Positions 27,065 through 36,499 of a stretch of DNA of 37,602 nucleotides are shown here, piece after piece. The stretch is from Planctomycetota bacterium (GTDB taxonomy: Bacteria; Planctomycetota; SZUA-567; H5-PLA8), in contig BTVV01000056.1 of NCBI GenBank assembly GCA_045863855.1, forward strand, positions 1 to 37,602. The letters run 5' to 3'. The notes below the pieces were generated by a model that was not told where the DNA came from, did no database searches, and was given only the letters and a program-made list of their open reading frames with translations. Position numbers and translations under genes: made by a program. Each line of letters opens with the position of its first letter. Position 1 is the stretch's first letter.

Positions 27065-28948
27065 TCAGCGATACAAGAAACGGACGGTGAAGACGAGTTC
27101 TTCCTTTTCCCCGATCTCGGCGGGGAACGGGGCATGGGGCGAGGCCTGCTTGAGCCCGTCGCGGCAGGCGGTCAGCCCGCGCTCGGTTACGCTGCCGGTG
27201 GATTCGAGAATCTTTACATCTTTTAGCTTCCCGTCACGCAGCAACGTGATCTGCACCGAGACGGTGCCCACCTCAAGGCGCACGTTGCTGGCCAAGATGT
27301 GGGCTTTCCATTTGGCGTTCACGCGGCGGAAATATTCGCGCAGGTAAACCAACTCGGGGTCCCGGGCCGTGTTGAAGGCCAACTCGCCGATCTGGCTGGC
27401 GGCGGTATCGGAATTGAGCGTCACCATTTCGCTTACGGCGTTCTTTTGGCCGTGCTGGGTGCGCCCGTCGCCCTCATGCCCCTTCTGGCCCTCGCGCTGC
27501 GCAATGCCGATCTTGTCTTCCAAGGGTCGCGGGCTGGGTGTGGTGTTCGGCTCAAGATCGTCGAAGAGTTTTTCGAGGCGCGCGAGTTCGGGTTCCTTGG
27601 GCCGTTCGGTTTCGGGACGCGGCTGCGAGCGCGGGGCGTCTTCGCCGTCGATCGGCTTCGCCGCGGGCTTGGATTCGGATTCTGGAATGACGGTCTTTAC
27701 AGGATCGGCCGCTGGGGGCAGCACGGGCGCGGCCGGTTCTACCGCGCTGGGTGGAGGCCGCTTGACGCCGGCTTTGGCCTCGGCGCCCAAGCCGGCCAGA
27801 TCTTCGGTGCGTCCTCCCGGCGTGCCCCATTCGGACGAAGCAAGAAGACCGTCGGCCGACTCGTCGCCTTCGTGCTCGGTTTTGCGGCCCGGATCGGCGG
27901 TTTCGGTTGGATTCGGTTCAAGCTGTGCGGCAGGCGTGACCGGTTCGGCAGGCGCGGTGGTGGGAGCGGATTTCGTTTCGGACTGGGCCGACGCTTCGGC
28001 GGGGTCCGGCGTCTTTTCCGGGGCGGCCTCGTCGGGTTGGGGTTGGGGCGGGTCGGGCAACTTAGGTTGCGCGGGCTCGGGCTCGGGCAGTTTGGGCTGC
28101 GGCGGCGTGACTTGGGCGATTTTGGGCTCGTCGGGCTGCGGCGTGAGCGGAAGCGCGGGCTCGACTTTTGTTTCGGGCGTCGGTGCTTCGAGCTTAGGCG
28201 GGGTACCGGCGACTTCGGTGCCTTCCTTGGCCACGCTGCCGCGCTGCGGATCGGTGCTGGCTTGATCGGTCTCGACTTCGCCAGGGCGCGTCAGTTCGCG
28301 CAGTTCGACGGTCTCGCCCTTGGGATTGTACGGATCGCCTTCGGGCAGGTGAGCGGGCCGGTTCGGATTGGCCGCGCGGCTGTTGGCGTCGCCGAGGTAA
28401 TCGGGATTTTCGGGCCGGAAGGTGAGGTTTTCGTCCATGCCAAAAGCGGTGCTTGGCTTGGCGATGCGCTCCCCGCCCGGAGCTTCGGGAAGCGGTGGCG
28501 TGGGCTCCTTGGGAAATTCCTTCTCGAATTTCGGTTCGGTTTTGACCTTGGGTAACTCGGGCTTTTCCATCGCATCGGGAGTGAGCGGCTGGCGCTGGGC
28601 TTCATCGGGCCAAGACGGCGCCTCCGGCGGCGGCGTTTGGGCAGCCTCCGGTGGCTTGGGTTCGTCGAGCGGAACGGTCTCGGCACGCGGTTCGATCTTC
28701 TGGGCGGGTTCTTCGCCGGGCAGCGGAGGGAGTTCGTTGGGCAAGGCGAAGCGGAGCACCAGCGGCGGCGGCTCGGGCTTGGAAAGGTCGTCCCACGGCA
28801 ACTGAATGAGCGCGAAGAGCACGTGAATCAATACCGCCAGCGCGCTGACCAGCGGCCAGCGCGCCGGGCGTACTTGCGGGTGCGGAATGGAGCTTTGGAA
28901 AGTCGCCATCACGAGGGGGCGTTCCAAGCTTGCGTATGGAGTTGCCAT
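27065..28948 (-). CDS. TonB/TolA-like protein with a very long Pro/Glu-rich linker
   Basis: N-terminal TM containing His (LAVLIHVLF) and a C-terminal TonB_C/TolA-like domain (GTVSVQITLLRDGKLKDVKILESTGS...ASPHAPFP). The start is uncertain (28948 or 28909). Confidence 0.8.
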   Translation of the reverse strand: MATPYASLERPLVMATFQSSIPHPQVRPARWPLVSALAVLIHVLFALIQLPWDDLSKPEPPPLVLRFALPNELPPLPGEEPAQKIEPRAETVPLDEPKPPEAAQTPPPEAPSWPDEAQRQPLTPDAMEKPELPKVKTEPKFEKEFPKEPTPPLPEAPGGERIAKPSTAFGMDENLTFRPENPDYLGDANSRAANPNRPAHLPEGDPYNPKGETVELRELTRPGEVETDQASTDPQRGSVAKEGTEVAGTPPKLEAPTPETKVEPALPLTPQPDEPKIAQVTPPQPKLPEPEPAQPKLPDPPQPQPDEAAPEKTPDPAEASAQSETKSAPTTAPAEPVTPAAQLEPNPTETADPGRKTEHEGDESADGLLASSEWGTPGGRTEDLAGLGAEAKAGVKRPPPSAVEPAAPVLPPAADPVKTVIPESESKPAAKPIDGEDAPRSQPRPETERPKEPELARLEKLFDDLEPNTTPSPRPLEDKIGIAQREGQKGHEGDGRTQHGQKNAVSEMVTLNSDTAASQIGELAFNTARDPELVYLREYFRRVNAKWKAHILASNVRLEVGTVSVQITLLRDGKLKDVKILESTGSVTERGLTACRDGLKQASPHAPFPAEIGEKEELVFTVRFLYR

Positions 28949-29074
28949 CACGCCATTAGACGCACGAAAGCACGATTCGACCGCGTGCGAAATCGAATCG
29001 CCTGGCTGTCTCTACTGCTTACAGCCTAAGGTTTTAGAAGATGGCGTACCGAAAGTACAGAGTTTCTTGGGCAG

Positions 29075-30070
29075 CTAGGCCTGCGGTGGACTGGGCGGCG
29101 GCGGAGTTTCACCGGCGCTGCCGAAGAAGCTGACGAAATCCTGCCACATGTTGGCGACGCCCCAGCCGGGCGTTTCGGAACCGGCCACGGGCGACGGGGT
29201 GGCCGTTCGATGCTGGCGGGCTGCCGCGAAATCGCGCTGCCGAAGAGCGTGGAAATGAGGCGTGGAGTTCCAGCGGAGCAGTTCGCGCACGCGCAGCGCC
29301 GGGTAGGGTTGCGTGCGCAGAAAACTTTGCAGGAAAACGGTGGAGAGGTAATAGGTCGCGCGGTCGCGCAGGGAGCCGGTCTGGAGTTCTTCGCAGCGGC
29401 GGTCAAAGCGTTCGGCTTGCTCGGCCAAGCCTTCGACGCTGACCGACTGCGCGTGGCCTCCGGCCAGCTTGGCGACGGTGCGGACCATTAGGTCTCCGTC
29501 GCCGATGACGAGCAGCGCGGCGCGATCGGCGCTTAGGTCGGCCTTGCGGTACCAGTCGTAGAGAGGGACACGCGCGCCGAAGCTGATGGCTCCTACGAAG
29601 GGTACGGCGCCGGCGAGCTGGCTGAGCGACGTGAAGCTCTGCGCGATCATCTGATAAAACGTGTGCCCGCACTTGAGGTGCCCGGTCTCGTGTGCGATCG
29701 CGGCGGCGAGTTCGTCGTCGTCGAGCAGTTCGAGCATGCCGGAGGTCACAACGAGGAGCGGCTTGATTTCTCCGAAGCTGTAGCTGTGCGGGAGCGGGTT
29801 GCATTCGAGAAAGACTTCGGGGCGATGCGGAAAGTCGAGCGCTTCGAGCGCACGGTCGAGCGCGCTGTGGAGCGCGGGACGGTCCTGGCGCCTAAGCACC
29901 ACGTTGTCGGCGAGATTGAGCAGCATCAGGTCGCGTTCGAGGTCTTCCATCACGAACGCTTGCGAGAGTTTCGAGAGCCATGAGATGGCTTTTAAATTGA
30001 GAAAGCTTTCCCGGTCATCCGGATGCTGAAAAAGTTCGGGGTCGAGCGGTTCTCGGGCGTCGGCGGCCAT
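29075..30070 (-). CDS. M48 (HtpX/Ste24)-family metallopeptidase-like protein
   Basis: VVTSGMLELLDDDELAAAIAHETGH and LSADRAAL. The start MAADARE at 30070 follows GAGG. Confidence 0.85.
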   Translation of the reverse strand: MAADAREPLDPELFQHPDDRESFLNLKAISWLSKLSQAFVMEDLERDLMLLNLADNVVLRRQDRPALHSALDRALEALDFPHRPEVFLECNPLPHSYSFGEIKPLLVVTSGMLELLDDDELAAAIAHETGHLKCGHTFYQMIAQSFTSLSQLAGAVPFVGAISFGARVPLYDWYRKADLSADRAALLVIGDGDLMVRTVAKLAGGHAQSVSVEGLAEQAERFDRRCEELQTGSLRDRATYYLSTVFLQSFLRTQPYPALRVRELLRWNSTPHFHALRQRDFAAARQHRTATPSPVAGSETPGWGVANMWQDFVSFFGSAGETPPPPSPPQA

Positions 30071-30081
30071 GTGTGTGTTCC

Positions 30082-32109
30082 TCAATAGCCGAGCTTTTTG
30101 AGCTGTTCGAGCAATGCCGGGTCGAGCGGCGGCGGCTGGAGCGATTCCTGTTGTGGCGATAGTTCGAGCGGTTGCAGGACGCGCGCGCGGAGCAAGTGGA
30201 GCGAATCGGCGAGCGTCTTGCGCGCGGCGGCGTAGGCCGGATCGGCGGCGAGGTTGGTCCGTTCGCCCGGGTCTTTTGCGAGGTCGTAAAGCTCTTCTGG
30301 TTCTAGGCGGAACATACGGCGATTGGCTTCGTCGCGCGTCCAGGTCTCGACATCCAGCGTGTGGATGAACTTCAGATCGCCGTGCCGAATGGCCCAGCGC
30401 GTCGGGCCGTGATAAGTCGCACAGTGGACAAACAGGCCGGGCGGTTGTGGCAGCTTGACCTGCGCACGCGTGGCGGCATCGGGCGTGAGCAGTGGGGCGA
30501 GGTCGCGGCCCAGGAGGTTTGGCGGCGGCGTGAGCTTCAGCATGCCGCAGACCGTGGGAAGGACATCGAGCAAGCTGACAGGTTCGGTAAGGCGAACGGT
30601 GCTTCTCAGGCCGGCAGGAGGGACGATCAGCAGCGGGACGTGGAGGAGTTCGTCGTACAGCGAATGGCCGTGGCTGAACCCGCCGTGCTCCCAAAATTCT
30701 TCGCCGTGATCGGCAGTGAATATAATCCACGCGCGATCACGGAGACCGGCGCGATCCAGGCCGTCGAGCAGTTCGCCCAAGGCTTCGTCAGCGGCGGACA
30801 CGTCGCCGTTGTACAGGGCTTCAATCGCGGCGCGTTCTTCGGGTGTGTATTCGGCGTGCAGAGCTTTCTGGCCTCCGGCCAGATACCCGCCTTCGCCGAA
30901 TGGCGCTTGGATGCGCCCAGCGGGGAGAGCGGGCGCGAAGCGCGTATCGCGGTAGGGCGTATGCGGCTCGTACGTATGGTAGAAACCGAACAATGGGGCG
31001 CTTGAGCGGGCATTGACGCATGCGAGAAACCGTTCGACGTTGCGCTGCGCTTCCGTGCGCATGCGGCCGTCGTTGAGGACCGGATCCAGGCTGGGATTGG
31101 ACCAATAATAGGAGAATCCCTTTAGAAAATTGTGTTGCCAAGGCTCAAGCATACCGCCGCCGGTGGCGGCAAAGGATTGCGCATTCAATCGCTTGCGCAG
31201 GAGATGCCCCAGGTTTTCGGCGCGGCCGTAGCGCAGGAAGGTGAACTTCTCGCCGGCTGGATCACGCAGATTTTCCAGGGCATGTCCGAGCTGTGCGGGA
31301 TGCAGGCCGCTAAGTAAGGATTGGTATGCGGGCAAGGTCCAGCCGCTGGGCGAGTAACAGCGTTCGAAGACGTAGCCGCGCGCAGCGAGGGCGTCTACAT
31401 TCGGTGTGAGTGCATGCAAATTCTGGCCGTATGCCGCCAGGCGATCGGCTCGAAGCGTATCGAAGGTGAGCAGGAACACGAGCGGGCCCGACGGCTCCGC
31501 TTCCGGGGCGGAAAGCAGCGGCATGCCCCAGGCGGCCAGGACGCCTAACGGCGCGGGCACTTCGGCCGCCGGAGCGAGGTCGTTCCCGGCGGCATCATGG
31601 GAGCGCGTGCGCAGGATAAGCGTCAGATGCTTCGCGTCGGCGGGTGGTGCGGCCAAGTGCTTCCATTCGGGCATGGCCAGCCAGGCGGGCGGAGGCTCGC
31701 CGGCCGCTACGGTCACCCCTTGCGAGGTGCTCGCCAAGATCGATGTTCCGGCGCGCAGTTCGGCACTGAACTCGACACGGCCGGCGCGGACTTGTTCGCG
31801 TTCGCCGGCCGCGAAAAGCGTAACGAACGCGGAGAGGCGGAGGTGTGTTCGAGCGGGAATTTCAAGCGATACTTCGTGGGTTGTGCCGGTGACGAGCGCT
31901 TCACGAGTTTCGTGATCGAGCGCAACGGGGCGGCGAAAGGGGAGTGCTTGAGGGTGTCCGCGCGCCGTGCGGATGCTGAGGTTGCGCGGTTCGGAGGTAA
32001 AGCGGGCGGCGTGGTCGGCGAGGGCGAGCGGCAACGCTCTTGCTTCGGGTTCGGCCGCGCCGAGTGTGCCGGCGATGACAAGCGTGCAGGCAAGTACCGA
32101 GCGGATCAT
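30082..32109 (-). CDS. Exported sulfatase-like (alkaline phosphatase superfamily) hydrolase/transferase
   Basis: [60 protein letters not shown] and a C-terminal LKKLGY. ATG at 32109 overlaps the moaC stop (ATGA). Confidence 0.9.
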   Translation of the reverse strand: MIRSVLACTLVIAGTLGAAEPEARALPLALADHAARFTSEPRNLSIRTARGHPQALPFRRPVALDHETREALVTGTTHEVSLEIPARTHLRLSAFVTLFAAGEREQVRAGRVEFSAELRAGTSILASTSQGVTVAAGEPPPAWLAMPEWKHLAAPPADAKHLTLILRTRSHDAAGNDLAPAAEVPAPLGVLAAWGMPLLSAPEAEPSGPLVFLLTFDTLRADRLAAYGQNLHALTPNVDALAARGYVFERCYSPSGWTLPAYQSLLSGLHPAQLGHALENLRDPAGEKFTFLRYGRAENLGHLLRKRLNAQSFAATGGGMLEPWQHNFLKGFSYYWSNPSLDPVLNDGRMRTEAQRNVERFLACVNARSSAPLFGFYHTYEPHTPYRDTRFAPALPAGRIQAPFGEGGYLAGGQKALHAEYTPEERAAIEALYNGDVSAADEALGELLDGLDRAGLRDRAWIIFTADHGEEFWEHGGFSHGHSLYDELLHVPLLIVPPAGLRSTVRLTEPVSLLDVLPTVCGMLKLTPPPNLLGRDLAPLLTPDAATRAQVKLPQPPGLFVHCATYHGPTRWAIRHGDLKFIHTLDVETWTRDEANRRMFRLEPEELYDLAKDPGERTNLAADPAYAAARKTLADSLHLLRARVLQPLELSPQQESLQPPPLDPALLEQLKKLGY

Positions 32110-32609
32110 CGCGCGCCACGCTTCCATGGCCCCGTCTTCCCGCCGCGCTTTTCGAGGAGCCGTACGCCGCGGATTTCGATCCCGCGTTCGGCGGCCTTCA
32201 GCATGTCATAGACGGTCAGGGCGGCGACCGCGGCGGCGGTGAGGGCTTCCATTTCCACACCGGTCTGACCGGAGCAGCGCGCACGGGCTTCGATCCGTAA
32301 CGCACCGGTCTTCCGGGGGAAGAATTCGATGCCGACCGAATGAAGCGGAACTTGGTGGCAAAGCGGGATCAACTCGCTGGTGCGCTTAGCCGCCAGCATG
32401 CCGGCTACGCGAGCCACGGCGAACACGTCGCCCTTTTTCGCTCGGCCGGAAACGATCAGTTTCAGCGTCTCGGGCTTCATGCGGACGGTGGCTTCGGCCA
32501 AGGCTTCGCGGGCGGTTTGCGGCTTAGCGCCGACATCGACCATGCTCGCTCGACCGCGGCTGTCGAGATGCGTCAAAGAGCCGGGCTTGGGCTTACGACG
32601 CGCGGGCAT
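32106..32609 (-). CDS. moaC: Cyclic pyranopterin monophosphate synthase MoaC
   Basis: LTHLD...[31 protein letters not shown] and LEKRGG motifs. Confidence 0.97.
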   Translation of the reverse strand: MPARRKPKPGSLTHLDSRGRASMVDVGAKPQTAREALAEATVRMKPETLKLIVSGRAKKGDVFAVARVAGMLAAKRTSELIPLCHQVPLHSVGIEFFPRKTGALRIEARARCSGQTGVEMEALTAAAVAALTVYDMLKAAERGIEIRGVRLLEKRGGKTGPWKRGAR

Positions 32610-32633
32610 GCACGGACTCCTGAGCGGACACTA

Positions 32634-33845
32634 CTAACCGACGGATGGAAGCGGGAAGCATTCGACGGATTGTCCTTGGGCAAAATGCTGGCCCGGCGCT
32701 TGGCGTACGAATCCATCGATGCCGACGCAAGCAGTGAGATGGCCGGAGCCGTGCCATTCCACGATGCGTGCGAACGTTTGCCCCTGATGAAGCACGAACT
32801 TCGCCGGCCAAAGCGTCACGCGATCGCCTTTGGCACGGTGCGGATCCAGCAACGGCAGGGCGGTCCGACGCGGCAGTGGATTGGAGTAGCCCATGCGCAC
32901 CCGCAGCGCGGTGAGTGCGAAGAGGTGAAAGCAGACCAGCGCCGAAACGGGGTTTCCGGGCAGACCGAAGACCAACGTTCGCCCGCGCTTTCCGAAGACG
33001 GTGGGCTTGCCGGGCTTAATGTCGATTTTGGTGAAGAACATCTCGACGCCAAGGTCTTTCAGCGCCGACCCGACATGATCTTTGTCGCCGACGCTGACGC
33101 CGCCGGTGGAGATGAGCACGTCTGCGGCCAACCCCTGTTCGAGCATGCGTCGCGTGGCCTGCGGATCATCGGGCGCGATGCCGAGGTACTCGGCGTGTAA
33201 CCCGTGCGCGGCGGCTTGGGCCAGCAATTGGTAGCTGTTCGAATTGCGAATCTGGCTGGGCGCAGGCTGCGCATCGGGCTCGACGAGTTCATCTCCGCTG
33301 CCGAGGATCGCGAGGCGCGGCTTGCGGTAGACTTCGGTCTCGGCCTGTCCGACGGCGGCGAGCACGCCGATTTCGGCGGGCGAAAGCGGGCGTCCCGCTT
33401 CCACGACGACACCTCCGGCGGGTACGTCGCTGCCGCGCCGCGCGATGTGGGTTTCGGGCTCGATGGCGGCGCGGAGTTCCACCTTCTTATCGCCCGCTGG
33501 CGCCGTCTGTTCGATCATCATCACGGCATCGGCACCGGCAGGCACAGGCGCGCCGGTCATGATGCGTGTGGCCTGTCCGGTTCCGACCGTTCGGGTAGGC
33601 GCCCGACCGGCAGTGATCTCTTCGATGACCTCCAGCGTCACGGGGGGGTGCGCACAGTCGGCGGCCCGCACGGCGAAGCCATCCATGCGTGCTTGGTCGA
33701 AGGGCGGGAAATCGCGGTCGGCGCGGGCCTCGTGTACCAGCGCATGGCCCAGCGCATCGGCTAAGCGCACGCGGGTCCGGTCTCCGGGACCGGATTCGCG
33801 CACGAGGATGTCCCATGCTTCTTCGATCGAAATGAGCTTGGACAT
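32634..33845 (-). CDS. moeA: Molybdopterin molybdenumtransferase MoeA
   Basis: PPFDQARMDGFAV, RIMTGAPVPAGADAV, SGDEL, TGGVSVGDKD, KPGKP and LPGNP motifs. Confidence 0.97.
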   Translation of the reverse strand: MSKLISIEEAWDILVRESGPGDRTRVRLADALGHALVHEARADRDFPPFDQARMDGFAVRAADCAHPPVTLEVIEEITAGRAPTRTVGTGQATRIMTGAPVPAGADAVMMIEQTAPAGDKKVELRAAIEPETHIARRGSDVPAGGVVVEAGRPLSPAEIGVLAAVGQAETEVYRKPRLAILGSGDELVEPDAQPAPSQIRNSNSYQLLAQAAAHGLHAEYLGIAPDDPQATRRMLEQGLAADVLISTGGVSVGDKDHVGSALKDLGVEMFFTKIDIKPGKPTVFGKRGRTLVFGLPGNPVSALVCFHLFALTALRVRMGYSNPLPRRTALPLLDPHRAKGDRVTLWPAKFVLHQGQTFARIVEWHGSGHLTACVGIDGFVRQAPGQHFAQGQSVECFPLPSVG

Positions 33846-33862
33846 GGCGGCATTCTAGCGGG

Positions 33863-34669
33863 TCAGGCTTGCGCCGCGAAGAGCAAGATGCTAGCCGCGA
33901 CGGCGGCGTTGAGACTTTCTGCCGATCCGCGTAGCGGAATGCTGACGCGTTCGGGACATGCGGACTCGATTTCGGGGGGCAGGCCTTCGCCTTCGCTGCC
34001 GATGCAGAGCGCCAGCGGGCGGCGGGACCAGTCGAATTCGCGGTAGGGCGTACCTTCGCGTGCGACGGCGGCGACGAGGCGCAGGCCTTGGGCGTTGGCC
34101 TCGTGCAGGAAGCGCCTGCGGTCGAGGCGCACCTGAGGAAGCGAGAGCAAGCCCGCGGCGGTGGCACGCACGACCTTCGCGTTGAACGGATCGGCACTGC
34201 CTTCGAGCGTCACAAGGCCCGCGGCGCCGGCGGCTTCGCAGGAGCGGATCAACGTACCCAGGTTCCCGGGATCCTGAACGCCACAAGCCGCGACGACGAG
34301 CGCGTTTGGCGCGGAAAGAATCTGCGCGAGTTCCCATTCGGGAATCTCCACGACCGCGGCCAGTCCTTGCGGCGATTCGACATCGGCCAGCTTCTTGAAA
34401 ACATCTTTACTTACCTCGACGACGCGAATGTTCTTTCGACGCGCCTGCTCGACGAGCGCCGCGTCCGCACCGGGGTACTTTTCGCAGACGATCAACTCGT
34501 GAATCCTGGCGTTGGGGCTCGAGAGCGCGGCTTCGACGCCCTTTCGTCCTTCCAGAAAAAAGCGGCCGCGCGCGCGGCGTTCGTTGCCGTCTTTACGCAG
34601 CTTCACGAGGTCCTTGACCCAGGGATTCTGGGGCGAGGTGAGAAGTTTGTCGGAGGCCGATTCGGTCAC
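33863..34669 (-). CDS. TrmH/SpoU-family RNA methyltransferase
   Basis: SPQNP, SPQG, QDPGNLGTLIRS, GSEGEGL and AESLNAAVAAS motifs. Confidence 0.95.
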   Translation of the reverse strand: MTESASDKLLTSPQNPWVKDLVKLRKDGNERRARGRFFLEGRKGVEAALSSPNARIHELIVCEKYPGADAALVEQARRKNIRVVEVSKDVFKKLADVESPQGLAAVVEIPEWELAQILSAPNALVVAACGVQDPGNLGTLIRSCEAAGAAGLVTLEGSADPFNAKVVRATAAGLLSLPQVRLDRRRFLHEANAQGLRLVAAVAREGTPYREFDWSRRPLALCIGSEGEGLPPEIESACPERVSIPLRGSAESLNAAVAASILLFAAQA

Positions 34670-34670
34670 G

Positions 34671-35369
34671 TCATTTTTCCTTGAGCAAGCGGTTGATGTC
34701 GAGTTGAACTTGCAGGTATTGCGTTGCGGCCGACAAGCGGGTGCCGATGTCGCCGCCGAAGTAGGGCAGGGTGGCGTCGATGACGCGGCCGGCGTGGCGT
34801 TCGATCTCGGTTCGGCTGGCTTGCGCGTTATCGGCGTCTTCGGGGCGCGTCACGTTCATAATCACGGCCGCGACCTCCAGGCCGCGGCGGTGCAGTTCGT
34901 TCAAGGTGAGCAGCGTGTGGTTGACCGTGCCCAATTGCGCCTTGGCGACGAGCACGATGCGAAAGTCCCGCGCTCCGATAAAGTCCGCGACGAGCGTGCG
35001 CTTGTCGAGCGGGACGAGCAGACCGCCAATGCCTTCGGCGACCACGCAGGCGTGTTTCTCTTCGAGACGCTCCAGTGCGGCACGGGCGGCGTCGAGGTCG
35101 ATTTCGCGACGCTCCAGCGCCGCGGCCGGCACCGGGGCCATGGGCGCCTGAAAGCGCAGCGGACACATTCGCTCAAGCGGTTCGATCCGGTCGCTGGCGG
35201 CGTGGAGCGCATCGGCGTCGCCCCAGCGCCCGTTCTCGATCCCGGTCACGATGGGCTTGTACCCAACGGCGTCGACGCCGCGCGCGCGGAGCATGCGCAG
35301 GAGCGCGCACGAGACGAGGGTTTTGCCCACGCCCGTATCGGTGCCGGTGACAAACAATCCGAGAGCCAT
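34671..35369 (-). CDS. bioD: Dethiobiotin synthase
   Basis: FVTGTDTGVGKT, YKPIVTG, EGIGGLLVP and LGTVNHTLL motifs. Confidence 0.96.
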   Translation of the reverse strand: MALGLFVTGTDTGVGKTLVSCALLRMLRARGVDAVGYKPIVTGIENGRWGDADALHAASDRIEPLERMCPLRFQAPMAPVPAAALERREIDLDAARAALERLEEKHACVVAEGIGGLLVPLDKRTLVADFIGARDFRIVLVAKAQLGTVNHTLLTLNELHRRGLEVAAVIMNVTRPEDADNAQASRTEIERHAGRVIDATLPYFGGDIGTRLSAATQYLQVQLDINRLLKEK

Positions 35370-35435
35370 GTTTTAAAGGATATCCGATTCGATGCGGAGC
35401 ACGTAGGCGCTTCCCCGAGGCCTAAAAAGCCCGGA

Positions 35436-36479
35436 TCAGCGCGCCTTGCGCTTTTTATTGGCCGACTTGCGGCGGGCCATTCGAACGCGCGCGGCGGCTG
35501 CTTTGCGCGCGGGCGCCGGTTTGCGGCGTGGCGCGGATTTAGGTTTAGGGGTCTTTGGCGCGGCGGTTTGGGCGGCGGCAATCTCCTCGTCGCGCAACGC
35601 TTCGAGTTCGACGGTGGGCAATCCGGCCAAGACCGCGTTGGAAACGGCGCCCGCTTCGCAGGCCAACTCGACGGCATGCCAGAGGTCGCGGTGATCGTCG
35701 TCGGGTTCGTCCTGTGGCGTCTCGAGAATCGCGGGAAGCTGCCACAGCCTCGAATCGGCGAAAAAGGCTCTAAAGCCGGCCGCGCCGATGGCTCCGGCGC
35801 CGATATGATCGTGGCGGTCGATGCGCGAGTTGAGGTCGCCTTTGCTGTCGTTGATATGCAGGCAACGCAGTCGCGCTAGGCCCAAGTCGGCTTCCAGTTC
35901 GTCGAGCGTGCGGCGCACGCCTTCGGGGGTCCGAATTTCGTATCCGGCCGCGAGGGAGTGGCAGGTATCCATACAGATGCCCGTGCGTCCTGCGCCCGCC
36001 CCGTCGAGGAGGATCGCCAGATCCTTCCAGGTGGTGCCGAGGGAATTCTTGGTGCCGGCGGTGTTTTCGAGCAGGATCTCCGGGCGCTTGGGAAGTTCGC
36101 GATCGGCCCTCTTGATGGCTTCGGCGATACGCTTGCGGCCAAGATCCTCGCCTTCTCCCTTATGACTGCCGCTGTGGACGACGTAATACTTCGCTCCCAA
36201 GGTCTGGCTGCGTTCGAGTTCCTCGATGAAGGCCGCGACGGAAAGATCCCAGATGCGCTGCTCGGGCGCGGCCAAGTTAATCAGGTAGGTGGCGTGGACG
36301 ACCACGGGATCGAGTTCCGCTTCGCGAATGCCTTCTCGAAAAGCGGAGACTTCATCGGCATCCAGCGGCTTCTTGGACCACGCGCGCGGATTGCCGCAAA
36401 AAATCTGCAGCGCCTGGCAGCCGATCTGCGCGCCACGCAAAGGGCCTTCGCTCATGGAAAGGTGTACGCCAAAACGCAC
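35436..36479 (-). CDS. nfo: Endonuclease IV with a basic C-terminal extension
   Basis: GVHLS, QIF, HATYLINLA, HSGS, LENTAG, DTCH, HINDSK, DRHDHIG and ILETP motifs. Confidence 0.95.
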   Translation of the reverse strand: MRFGVHLSMSEGPLRGAQIGCQALQIFCGNPRAWSKKPLDADEVSAFREGIREAELDPVVVHATYLINLAAPEQRIWDLSVAAFIEELERSQTLGAKYYVVHSGSHKGEGEDLGRKRIAEAIKRADRELPKRPEILLENTAGTKNSLGTTWKDLAILLDGAGAGRTGICMDTCHSLAAGYEIRTPEGVRRTLDELEADLGLARLRCLHINDSKGDLNSRIDRHDHIGAGAIGAAGFRAFFADSRLWQLPAILETPQDEPDDDHRDLWHAVELACEAGAVSNAVLAGLPTVELEALRDEEIAAAQTAAPKTPKPKSAPRRKPAPARKAAAARVRMARRKSANKKRKAR

Positions 36480-36499
36480 GGTGGTCTCTCCGTCGAAAA

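Noticed and set aside
30071..30730. N-terminal extension of the M48 ORF (551 aa)
   Set aside because: It is an alternative frame inside the sulfatase-like gene. A good RBS and ATG occur at 30070.
33846..33862. Moco riboswitch upstream of moeA
   Set aside because: The intergenic gap is only 17 nt, too short for the aptamer.
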